DNA from: Candidatus Saccharimonadales bacterium
GTDB lineage: Bacteria; Chloroflexota; Limnocylindria; Limnocylindrales; CSP1-4
Direction: 5' to 3'
Length of the DNA stretch: 39,453 bases
Assembly (NCBI GenBank): GCA_035629655.1
Contig: DASPHN010000010.1
Coordinates: forward strand, 1-39,453
Shown here: positions 25,163 to 32,635 of the stretch, piece after piece
How the letters are laid out: each line of letters opens with the position of its first letter
Position numbering within the stretch: the stretch's first letter is position 1
The notes under the pieces: model-generated
What the model saw: the letters and a program-made list of their open reading frames with translations, nothing else
What the model was told of the DNA's origin: nothing
The model's database searches: none
Translations under genes and position numbers: made by a program

Positions 25163-25405
25163 ATGACGACGATCAGGGCAGCCCTTGCCCAGGCGATGCG
25201 CCTCCCCGACGACAGCGCGACGGTCAAGCAGCTGCACGACGGCGGGCTGGCGATCGCCGACGAGGGGACGATGAGCCAGGCCATCCACGACGTCTATTGC
25301 GGGATCGTCGCCGACCATCAGCACCCGAACGAGAAGGATCGCCAACAGGCACGGACCCTGATCGAGTCGCTCCAGAAGATCGCGTCGTCGCAGTACCCGG
25401 CGTAG
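25163..25405 (+). CDS. hypothetical small protein (80 aa)
   Basis: ATG 25163 is preceded by GGAGGAA 7 nt upstream. The composition is natural (MTTIRAALAQAMRLPDDSATVKQLHDGG...NEKDRQQARTLIESLQKIASSQYPA). The gene ends 14 nt before the nucleotidyltransferase gene. No family recognised. Confidence 0.5.
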   Translation: MTTIRAALAQAMRLPDDSATVKQLHDGGLAIADEGTMSQAIHDVYCGIVADHQHPNEKDRQQARTLIESLQKIASSQYPA

Positions 25406-25419
25406 GGCCAGCCCCGCGC

Positions 25420-26217
25420 GTGCCCGACCTCTCGCCCGGCACGCGCGCACAGATCGACACGGTCGTCGAGCTCGCTCGTGCCGTCTTCGGTGACGCGGCA
25501 CACGCGGCATACCTGTATGGCTCGGCGGTCCGCGGGGGCCTCAAGCCGGACAGCGACCTCGACATCCTGCTCGTCCTCGAGCGGCGGACGACCGATGCCG
25601 AGCGGCGCGCGCTCATCGGAGGCCTGCTCGAGCGGTCGCGCTCGCGGAAGCACCCCGACCGCCGGCATCTCGAGGTGACCGCCGTCGTGATGCCCGACCT
25701 CCAGCCGTGGGTCTACCCGCCGCCGATGGAGCTCCAGTACGGCGACTGGTGGCGGACCGAGTTCCAGGCCGGCCACTTCGCCCCGTGGACCTCGCCGAAC
25801 CCGGACCTCGCGGTGCTGTTGACATCGGTCCGCGAGGAGGGCGTGCCGCTCTTCGGGCCGCCGGCAGCCGACGTCATCGCTCCCGTCTCGAGGGACGACC
25901 TCATCCGGGCCGTTCGCGATGTCATCCCGGAACTGTTGCCCGGCCTCGAGGACCACGACACCCGGAACTCGCTGCTGACCCTCGCCCGGATCTGGTTCAC
26001 GCTGTCAACGGGCAGGATCGAGGCGAAGGACGTCGCCGCGACGTGGGCGCTCGAGCGACTGCCGGACGGGACCGGGGAGGCCCTGCGCCTGGCGCGAGCC
26101 GGCTACCTGGGCGAGGCGAACGACACCTGGGACGAGCCGGGGAGGGCCGCGGCGCGCACCGATTGGCACGCGATGCTCGGTGCCATCGAGACGGCCGACG
26201 CGCCGGAGGATCGCTGA
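25420..26217 (+). CDS. aminoglycoside nucleotidyltransferase, ANT(3'')/AadA-like (NTP_transf_2 + DUF4111)
   Basis: AYLYGSAVRGGLKPDSDLDILLVL (compare AadA HLYGSAVDGGLKPHSDIDLLV), ELQYGDWWR, NPDLAVLLTSVREEG and NSLLTLARIWFTLSTGRIEAKDVAA. A GTG start at 25420 gives an AadA-like N-terminal length. Confidence 0.8.
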   Translation: MPDLSPGTRAQIDTVVELARAVFGDAAHAAYLYGSAVRGGLKPDSDLDILLVLERRTTDAERRALIGGLLERSRSRKHPDRRHLEVTAVVMPDLQPWVYPPPMELQYGDWWRTEFQAGHFAPWTSPNPDLAVLLTSVREEGVPLFGPPAADVIAPVSRDDLIRAVRDVIPELLPGLEDHDTRNSLLTLARIWFTLSTGRIEAKDVAATWALERLPDGTGEALRLARAGYLGEANDTWDEPGRAAARTDWHAMLGAIETADAPEDR

Positions 26218-26467
26218 GGGAGCGACCCGGCAAGCGGGCACCGCACGAACTCTAACCGCGTTTGGTACCGCGGGAATGGAATCGACCTGCGCGACGCCGC
26301 TGTCTGTAGGGCTTCTGCAGCCGGGCGGGGGATCGGCCCGCGGACGGGGTCACCGCTGTGGCATGACGCATGAGGGATGCGATGCACGAACCCAGTCAGC
26401 CGGTGTGGGCCGGTTCCGACCACTCGCCACGCACGGCGCCATGCGCCGACCAGGCAGGCTCGATCCG

Positions 26468-27790
26468 ATGAGGGACGTCATGCACCTGTCCACGCAGCAA
26501 TCGAGAGCCACGCGCTGGCGCTCCACGACGATGGCGATCGCGCTGGTCGCCGGCACGATCCTGGCCCCGGCGGCATCGGTCGTCGCCGCGGAGCCGAGCG
26601 ACATGGTCCTCCGGTGGAACAGCAACGCCATCGCGGCGATCGGCAATCTCCCGACCGCCACACCGCCCGGTCTCGGCCAGCCTCCACCGCTGGCGCCGAT
26701 CCACCTCGCGATGGTCCACGGTGCGATCTATGACGCGGTCCAGGCGATCGTCGAGACCCACGAACCGTATCTCGGTGGCCTCGACGCCCCATCGTCCGCC
26801 TCGAAGGCAGCTGCGGTCGCCGCTGCCGCGCGGGGCGTGCTCGTCGGCCTCGCAACGGCGTCTCCGACCGTGACGGATAGCGTGAACGCCCTCTACGACG
26901 CGTCCCTGCTCGAGATCCCGGATGGCGCAGCCGAGACCGCCGGCGTCGCGGTCGGCGCCGCTGCTGCTGCCGCGATGCTCGCCGATCGGGCGGGAGACGG
27001 CCGCTTCGGGACGACCACCTTCGACGTCGGCGACGACCCGGGCGAGTGGCGTCTCGTGCCGCCGCTGAACGCAAACTCCTTCCACTGGGTCGGCGATGTC
27101 AGGCCCTTCACCCTTGAGCGTCCGGACCAGTACCGGATCGGAGCCCCGTTCCCCCTGAGCAGCCCCGAGTACGCCGCTGAGTTCAACGAGGTCAAGTCGC
27201 TCGGCGGCGCGACCTCGACTCGGACCCCGGCGCAGGCGGAACTCGCCAGCTTCAGCTCGGTCAACCCCTTCCCGATGGTCAACCGCGGACTGCGGGAGAT
27301 CGCCGCCGCGCGCGGGCTCTCGGTCAGCCAGCAGGCTCGCCTTTTCGTGATGACCACCATGTCAGCAGCCGATTCGGCGATCGCCTGCTGGGAGAACAAG
27401 GATCATTGGAACTTCTGGCGCCCCCAGACGGCGATCCAACTCGCGGGGTCCGATGGGAACCCGGCGACGGTGGCGGATCCCGGTTGGACGTCGCTGATCC
27501 CGAGCCCCGGCTATCCGGACCCGCCGTCCGGGTTCAACTGCCTCGTGTCAGGCACGATGAACGGCGCCCGTGCCTACTTCGGGACGAACCGGATGACGTT
27601 CGACCTGACGAGCATCGGCGCGGCCCCCGTCACTCGTCACTACAAGCAGTTCAGCGGCCCGATCAAGGACGCGATCGACGGTCGCGTCTATGTCGGCCTG
27701 CACTTCCGACGAGCGGACGAGCAGGGAGCCTGGCTCGGCATGAAGGTCGCCAAGTGGCTGGACAGCCACTACTTCGCCGCCATCGACTGA
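26468..27790 (+). CDS. secreted PAP2-superfamily protein, vanadium-haloperoxidase/acid-phosphatase-like
   Basis: Signal-like TTMAIALVAGTILAPAASVVAAEP. PAP2 motifs: KDHWNFWRP (KX6RP), YPDPPSGF (PSGH-like, with Phe at the His position) and GRVYVGLHFRRAD (RX5H...D). The start is ATG 26468 or 26480. The track start at 26180 is a read-in. Confidence 0.7.
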   Translation: MRDVMHLSTQQSRATRWRSTTMAIALVAGTILAPAASVVAAEPSDMVLRWNSNAIAAIGNLPTATPPGLGQPPPLAPIHLAMVHGAIYDAVQAIVETHEPYLGGLDAPSSASKAAAVAAAARGVLVGLATASPTVTDSVNALYDASLLEIPDGAAETAGVAVGAAAAAAMLADRAGDGRFGTTTFDVGDDPGEWRLVPPLNANSFHWVGDVRPFTLERPDQYRIGAPFPLSSPEYAAEFNEVKSLGGATSTRTPAQAELASFSSVNPFPMVNRGLREIAAARGLSVSQQARLFVMTTMSAADSAIACWENKDHWNFWRPQTAIQLAGSDGNPATVADPGWTSLIPSPGYPDPPSGFNCLVSGTMNGARAYFGTNRMTFDLTSIGAAPVTRHYKQFSGPIKDAIDGRVYVGLHFRRADEQGAWLGMKVAKWLDSHYFAAID

Positions 27791-27813
27791 GCATCGACTT
27801 CGACACCTGACGC

Positions 27814-27851
27814 GCGACCCCCGGTCCTCATGGGGGAGGGCCGGGGGTTCG
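27814..27851. terminator. imperfect GC-rich hairpin between convergent genes
   Basis: ACCCCCGGTCC - 10-nt loop - GGGCCGGGGGT gives 11 pairs including one G-U, with extra flanking pairs if a 1-nt bulge is allowed. It lies 24 nt after the stop at 27790. Confidence 0.45.
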
Positions 27852-27911
27852 TCGCGTTCCGCTCGAGTATCCATCGTTCTGGCCGGACCGGGGCGCTCGA
27901 TCCGATGTGTC

Positions 27912-28580
27912 TCACGACCCGAGGTCGCGGTCCTCCATCTCCCAGGCGTGATCCATCACGTGGTAGGCAGTTCGCCGGATAAGGAACTGGATCGGCCAGG
28001 TCCGGGCTGGCTTGCCCTCGCCGTTGTAGGCGCGAATGGCGTCGAGGTAGGCCTCCCGGTGTGCCGTTAGGCCGTTCGGTGTGAGGACGACCTCGATCGG
28101 CGTCCGGACCTCGACCTTGCGCGACATCTGCTCGGGCTCGGAGCCGTAGACGTGGCGGATGATGGCGTCCCGACTGCGCCCAGCGCTTCGTGAGCCTGGC
28201 CGTAACGCAGGGGAGACGCGTCTCGCGACGTCGTCGAAGGACGCCCAGCAGGCCTGAAGCAGCTCGAGACGCCGATCCAGCTCGGCCGAGGTGAGGATCT
28301 CCCGCTCGATCTCCGACGGCACATGCGCGATGCCCCAGAAGTCGGTCGAGCTCGATCCTGGGACGCGCTCGATGACCTCGATGTCCCGTGCTCGACCGAA
28401 CGCGGCACCGAAGCCGGCCCGGTCAGCGACCCCCGCATATCGGGGCAGGTACGCCAAGAGCGTCGCGAGCGCGTCATCCTCGGACGTGCCCCAGCGATCG
28501 AGGCCGGGCCACTCCATGGCACCAGCCACGACCCTCCGCTTCTTGCCGATCTCGAGGATCACGGAGAGCCGTTCTGCCAT
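27912..28580 (-). CDS. hypothetical protein; C-terminal helical region is DinB-like (weak)
   Basis: ATG 28578-28580 (MAERLSVILEIGKK...), 29 nt downstream of the propeller gene on the same strand. The C-terminus FLIRRTAYHVMDHAWEMEDR resembles the last His-bearing helix of DinB-fold proteins. The assignment is tentative. Confidence 0.5.
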   Translation of the reverse strand: MAERLSVILEIGKKRRVVAGAMEWPGLDRWGTSEDDALATLLAYLPRYAGVADRAGFGAAFGRARDIEVIERVPGSSSTDFWGIAHVPSEIEREILTSAELDRRLELLQACWASFDDVARRVSPALRPGSRSAGRSRDAIIRHVYGSEPEQMSRKVEVRTPIEVVLTPNGLTAHREAYLDAIRAYNGEGKPARTWPIQFLIRRTAYHVMDHAWEMEDRDLGS

Positions 28581-28609
28581 ACCGGACAGCCTACCGCCCC
28601 TTCCCGTGA

Positions 28610-29842
28610 CTACTCCGCCAGGCGCTGCCAGCTCCCGGCGCCTTCCTCGATCCATGACGGCTGGTCAGGCGCGCCACCGTCTGGATCGAGGAGGAGGGCC
28701 GGTCCGGTCAGGGGCCGGATGACGATCCAACGATCATCCGGCGACCACTGGATCGAGGTGAACGTGGACGCGGCGACGGGCCGGTCGTCCGAGTCGATCG
28801 GATCGCAGGGGCCATCATCAAGCCGTGCCACGCATAGATGGTCATCCTGGCCTTCGGAGTCGAAGCCGACGATCCGCGTGCCGTCGTTCGAGAGCCGAGC
28901 GTACGCAGCATCGAGCACGACGTGATCGCCGGTGGAAACGTCCACGACGTAGGTCGAGGCGCCACGCGGATGGGGTGTGTCGCGGTTGTAGACGAAGCGG
29001 GTCCCTTCCGGTGTCCAGCCCACGGGCCGGAGGGTCGCATCGCCCGCGGTGAGCGGGATGGCCAGGCTCGTGCCGTCGTCCAGCGAGTACAAGGCGAGCT
29101 CCGCCCCCTGGACCGTCGGGCGCACCCACGCGAACTGACGCCCGTCCGGGGGACGCCAGAACATCTCGAGCATCTGGTACGGGAGCGGCAGCGTCGTCAC
29201 GCGGCCGTCGTCGGCGTCGATCAGCTTGATCGACCGATCCTCCGGACCTCCGCTCCCCAGCGCGATCGTCCGGCCATCGGGAGACCAGGCGATGCTGTCC
29301 GGATCGGCGTCGATGAACGGGGCGCCCGCCGAGACGGACACGACGGTGCCGTCCCGGGTCGCGACGACCACGTGGTTCGCCGGACCTGCCTCGCGCAGGA
29401 ATGCGATCCGTGTCCCGTCGAGTGACCAGTGCGGATCGTGATCCGACTCCGGTCCGACCGTGATCGCTTGACGAGCGCCGCTCTCGGGATCGACGACGAA
29501 GATGTCGCCACCCTGCTCGTACGCCATCAACCCGTTGGCGGCGAGGCCGAAGGGCGGCGCCAGCCGCGGCCGGCTTCCGACCCATGCAGTCCCGAGCGCG
29601 AGCAGCAGTCCGAGCACGGCCAACAGGATCGCGACGCGGCGCGGCGCCGGGACTCGATGCCGTCCGCCCATCGCCGTGTGGCCCATGGGACGCGGGGCGA
29701 GCGGCAGGAAGGTCCAACTCGGTCGCTGTCGGACGCGCGCCGTCGCGACGAGGATGTCTTCGATCTCGTCGGGCGTCGGGGTGGAGGCGATCCCTCCGAA
29801 CCACGCCGTGAGGTCGCGTTCGAGCCGCTCGGGCGCGATCAT
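28610..29842 (-). CDS. single-pass membrane protein with an extracytoplasmic PD40/TolB-like beta-propeller, coupled to the ECF sigma (putative anti-sigma)
   Basis: The ATG overlaps the sigma stop (ATGA at 29839-29842). The TM is VAILLAVLGLLLALGTAWV. Repeated blades: PHWSLDGTRIAF, IAWSPDGRTIAL, FWRPPDGRQFAW, VGWTPEGTRFVY, IQWSPDDRWIVI. Confidence 0.7.
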   Translation of the reverse strand: MIAPERLERDLTAWFGGIASTPTPDEIEDILVATARVRQRPSWTFLPLAPRPMGHTAMGGRHRVPAPRRVAILLAVLGLLLALGTAWVGSRPRLAPPFGLAANGLMAYEQGGDIFVVDPESGARQAITVGPESDHDPHWSLDGTRIAFLREAGPANHVVVATRDGTVVSVSAGAPFIDADPDSIAWSPDGRTIALGSGGPEDRSIKLIDADDGRVTTLPLPYQMLEMFWRPPDGRQFAWVRPTVQGAELALYSLDDGTSLAIPLTAGDATLRPVGWTPEGTRFVYNRDTPHPRGASTYVVDVSTGDHVVLDAAYARLSNDGTRIVGFDSEGQDDHLCVARLDDGPCDPIDSDDRPVAASTFTSIQWSPDDRWIVIRPLTGPALLLDPDGGAPDQPSWIEEGAGSWQRLAE

Positions 29843-30408
29843 ACGGCCTGCCCTTGGTGGATGACGACGGGGCGGGTGTCGTCGTCCGCGGCGAGTGCCA
29901 TGCGGAGCCCGGCCAGGGCGCGGGCCAGGCGCGACTGCGCCGTCCCCAGCGGGATGTCGAGCGTGTCAGCGAGGACGGGGACCGTCATCCCGACGTAGTA
30001 GTGGAGCACCAGCACGGCGCGCTGGTCGGCCGGCAGGCGATCGAGTCCGCGCTTGATCATGTCGCGGTTCGCGACGCCGCTCATCTCGTCGCCAGCGGAC
30101 GCAAGCACGATCGGCTCGATATCGACCTCCATCGGTCGTCTCCGCCGCCGCCGCATGGCATCGAGGCAGGCGTTGACGGTCAGCCGGTGCAACCACGCGT
30201 CGAACCGGTCGGGATCGCGCAGCCCCGGCAAGTCGCGCCACGCCCGGATGTACGCGTCCTGGACCACGTCACGGGCAAGCTCCGGATCTCGGACGATCAG
30301 CCGAGCGGCGGTCGTGAGCCGAGCGACGGACGCGCCGACAAGCACGCCGAAGGCCTCGTGGTCGCCTCGGCTCGCTCGCTCGACCAATTCCCGCTGGTCC
30401 ACGGTCAC
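29839..30408 (-). CDS. ECF (group IV) RNA polymerase sigma-70 factor
   Basis: Region 2 DHEAFGVLVGASVARLTTAARLIVRDPELARDVVQDAYIRAWRDLPGLRDPDRFDAWLHRLTVNACLD and region 4 LPADQRAVLVLHYYVGMTVPVLADTLDIPLGTAQSRLARA. The start is GTG 30408 or GTG 30402. Confidence 0.85.
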   Translation of the reverse strand: MTVDQRELVERASRGDHEAFGVLVGASVARLTTAARLIVRDPELARDVVQDAYIRAWRDLPGLRDPDRFDAWLHRLTVNACLDAMRRRRRRPMEVDIEPIVLASAGDEMSGVANRDMIKRGLDRLPADQRAVLVLHYYVGMTVPVLADTLDIPLGTAQSRLARALAGLRMALAADDDTRPVVIHQGQAV

Positions 30409-30578
30409 CCCTCGTGACGTGCCCCCGGGTCGGATGCCGGAAGGGTAGCGGCGCCGCGTTGTCTTGGCCAGAGCTGGGTCGGAACAGCCCAGGGGTATGC
30501 GAACGCCCGCTCCGCGGGCCTGCCGGATATCCGTCGGGAGGTCGGCTGAGCGGGCGTCGGTCTGCCCTGACGTTGGCG

Positions 30579-31457
30579 TCAGGCCTCGTCGAGGACCTCG
30601 CGCAGCTTCGCGGCGAAGGCGTCCGGATCGCCGGCCTGGCCGTACTCGCCGCCGAGGAATCCGCCGTGGTCGCTTGGGAAGGTCACGAGGTCCGTGCCGA
30701 GTCGCTTGGCCGCTGCGACCGCCCCGCGGTGCGCCATCTGGCCCTCGGATTCCTTGCCCGCCGCCAGGACGATCCGGGTCGACGCTGCCTTGAGGGCATC
30801 GAAGTCGGGCTGATAGTGCGTGCAGGTCACGATGTTCTGGAACAGGAGGGCGTCCGTGCGGTTGCCGTCGTCCTCGGCCGGCATCCCGAACTGCGCCGGA
30901 TCCGGGGCCGGCTGGGCGGCGACCTCGGGCGTGATCTCGCCCTCATAGCTGACCGCGACGATGAACTGGCCCATGGCGGGGCCGAAGCCCTGCTGCTGGT
31001 ACGTGTCGGCGATGGCCTGGGTAAAGGCCATCGCGCCCTCGCGATCGGGCAGGATCGCGGCGAGCGGTGGCTCGTGCGCGACGAGGGTACGGACGTCCTC
31101 CGGGTGCTTCGCGACCAGGGCGAGCGCGTTGACCGCCCCGCCGCTGCTGGCGAACAGCTCGACCGGCCCGACTCCCACCTCCTGGATGATCCGGTGCAGG
31201 TCGTCGGCATGCTGCTCTGGCGTCGACTGCGTGCTCGGGTCGGCCTTCGTGCTGCGCTCGACGCCGCGCGGGTCGTAGGTGATCACCGTGCGATCGGTGA
31301 AGTGGCGGGCCAGCGTCCCGAACCCACCCGCGCCCATCGGGGACCCGATCAGCAACAGGGCAGGGGAGTCGCTGCCATCGACGTGCCGGACGTCGTAGGT
31401 CAGGACGGCGCCCGGCGCATCCAGGGTTCGCGTCGTCGGCTCGGTCATCGTCGTCAT
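30579..31457 (-). CDS. alpha/beta hydrolase
   Basis: ATG 31455-31457 is preceded by GAGGAG. LLLIGSPMGAGGF, the nucleophile-elbow-like VELFASSGGAVNALAL and the C-terminal SDHGGFLG (His) fit the alpha/beta hydrolase layout. Confidence 0.8.
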   Translation of the reverse strand: MTTMTEPTTRTLDAPGAVLTYDVRHVDGSDSPALLLIGSPMGAGGFGTLARHFTDRTVITYDPRGVERSTKADPSTQSTPEQHADDLHRIIQEVGVGPVELFASSGGAVNALALVAKHPEDVRTLVAHEPPLAAILPDREGAMAFTQAIADTYQQQGFGPAMGQFIVAVSYEGEITPEVAAQPAPDPAQFGMPAEDDGNRTDALLFQNIVTCTHYQPDFDALKAASTRIVLAAGKESEGQMAHRGAVAAAKRLGTDLVTFPSDHGGFLGGEYGQAGDPDAFAAKLREVLDEA

Positions 31458-31536
31458 CGGGATCTCCTCGACATGGTGTGGTCTGCGTGCTTGTGAAGAC
31501 GGCTGATGCGAGCGTTTCTCATCGGCCGCCGGTCGA

Positions 31537-32043
31537 TCAGGCGGACCGCGCGGGATCCTCGGCGAGGATCGCATCGATCTGGCCGACCGCCTGGGTCAGT
31601 CCCTCTTCCATGCCCATGGCGAGAACCTGCTCCATGGCCTCGGTGCTGGGGAAGCGGCTTTCGATCGACATCCGGGTGTGGCCGTCATCGATCGGCTCGA
31701 TCGTCACGCGGCCCTCGTTGCGCGGGAAGGCGTCGTTGGGCGAGCCGTCATCGTTCGCGAACCCGTCGATGAAGACGAGCTTGCGGGGCGGATCGACTTC
31801 GACGACGTCCCAGAAGCCGCGAGGCTGGTCGCCGGTCGGCCCGGTCATGTGGTACTCGACGTGGCTGCCGACCGCGAGGTCGTGGGACGTGAAGGTCGCG
31901 GGGTAGGTCGGCGGGCCCCACCAGCGCTCGAGCTGGCGCGGATCGGCCCACAGCTCCCAGACGCGCTCGGGGGTCGCCTCGAATTCGGCGGTCAGCACCA
32001 TGGTCAGGGCTTCGGGGTCCTTCTGGACAGCGGTGACAGTCAT
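31537..32043 (-). CDS. SRPBCC/AHSA1-family protein (activator of Hsp90 ATPase homologue-like)
   Basis: LTAEFEATPERVWELWADPRQLERWWGPP is typical of AHSA1 (PF08327) proteins. The ATG overlaps the ArsR stop (ATGA at 32040-32043), which is the common ArsR-AHSA1 pairing. Confidence 0.8.
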   Translation of the reverse strand: MTVTAVQKDPEALTMVLTAEFEATPERVWELWADPRQLERWWGPPTYPATFTSHDLAVGSHVEYHMTGPTGDQPRGFWDVVEVDPPRKLVFIDGFANDDGSPNDAFPRNEGRVTIEPIDDGHTRMSIESRFPSTEAMEQVLAMGMEEGLTQAVGQIDAILAEDPARSA

Positions 32044-32372
32044 GCTCGCGGCTCCTTGCTGCTGATGAGGTCCGTCATGCGATCGATGCGACCGCGCCAC
32101 AGCGCCTCGTACTGATCGAGGAGGCCACGCGCCAGGCGGAGGCCCTCGATATCGGTGCGCACGACCTTCCGACGGCCGCTGCGCTGCTTGGTGACCAGGC
32201 CGGCCCGCTCGAGGACCGCGACGTGCTTCTGGACGGCCGCGAAGCTCATGGGGTAGTGCTCGGCCAGCTCCGCGACGCCTTCCCGACCGCTCAGCGCGCG
32301 GAGGACGATGTCACGCCGGGTGGCATCGGCCAGGGCCGCGAAGATCTGGTCGGGGTTGAAGGTGGCGTCCAT
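32040..32372 (-). CDS. ArsR/SmtB-family HTH transcriptional regulator
   Basis: IFAALADATRRDIVLRALSGREGVAELAEHYPMSFAAVQKHVAVLERAGLVTKQRSGRR is a winged-HTH ArsR pattern. The start is ATG 32372 (MDATF...) or ATG 32384, which lies inside the palindrome. Confidence 0.85.
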   Translation of the reverse strand: MDATFNPDQIFAALADATRRDIVLRALSGREGVAELAEHYPMSFAAVQKHVAVLERAGLVTKQRSGRRKVVRTDIEGLRLARGLLDQYEALWRGRIDRMTDLISSKEPRA

Positions 32373-32374
32373 TG

Positions 32375-32394
32375 ATACAACCATACGGTTGTAT
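32375..32394. promoter_or_regulatory. perfect inverted repeat ATACAACC-N4-GGTTGTAT at the arsR start (operator candidate)
   Basis: Arms at 32375-32382 and 32387-32394 are exact reverse complements. This is the most AT-rich 20-mer I saw in the window. On the - strand it contains a TAnnnT hexamer (TATGGT) 7-8 nt upstream of ATG 32372. Confidence 0.5.
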
Positions 32395-32635
32395 GAAGGC
32401 TCGTGTCAAGCGGCGGCCGCATCGAACTCCGCTGACTGAGCGTGAGGCGGCCGCAACCCCGTCCCGAGGCGCCGAACCGCGTCTAACGCTCACCACAGGC
32501 GACATCTGTCGCGGATCCAGGCCGGATCCGCCCTCGACTGCTCCGATCCGGCGCCTAGTGCTCACGGGGCGAGCGTTCGACGTCGATGGGGCTCCCGGGT
32601 TGCCGGCACTCCACCCGCTGGCCCATGCTCCGACC

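Noticed and set aside
26218-26467. Possible riboswitch or sRNA in the 250-nt gap before the PAP2-like gene
   Set aside because: I found only short (5-bp) hairpins and no motif I can match to a known RNA family. It is kept only as an open question within the PAP2 finding.
30481-30506. GGAAC-N17-ACGC on the + strand upstream of the second ECF sigma region
   Set aside because: It has the wrong orientation for the - strand sigma operon. The -10 part is not CGT at the right spacing, and no + strand gene lies downstream. It is probably a chance match.
30566-30583. 7-bp hairpin CCTGACG-TTGG-CGTCAGG at the hydrolase stop codon
   Set aside because: The stem is too short and overlaps the coding end, so I am not confident enough to call it a terminator.
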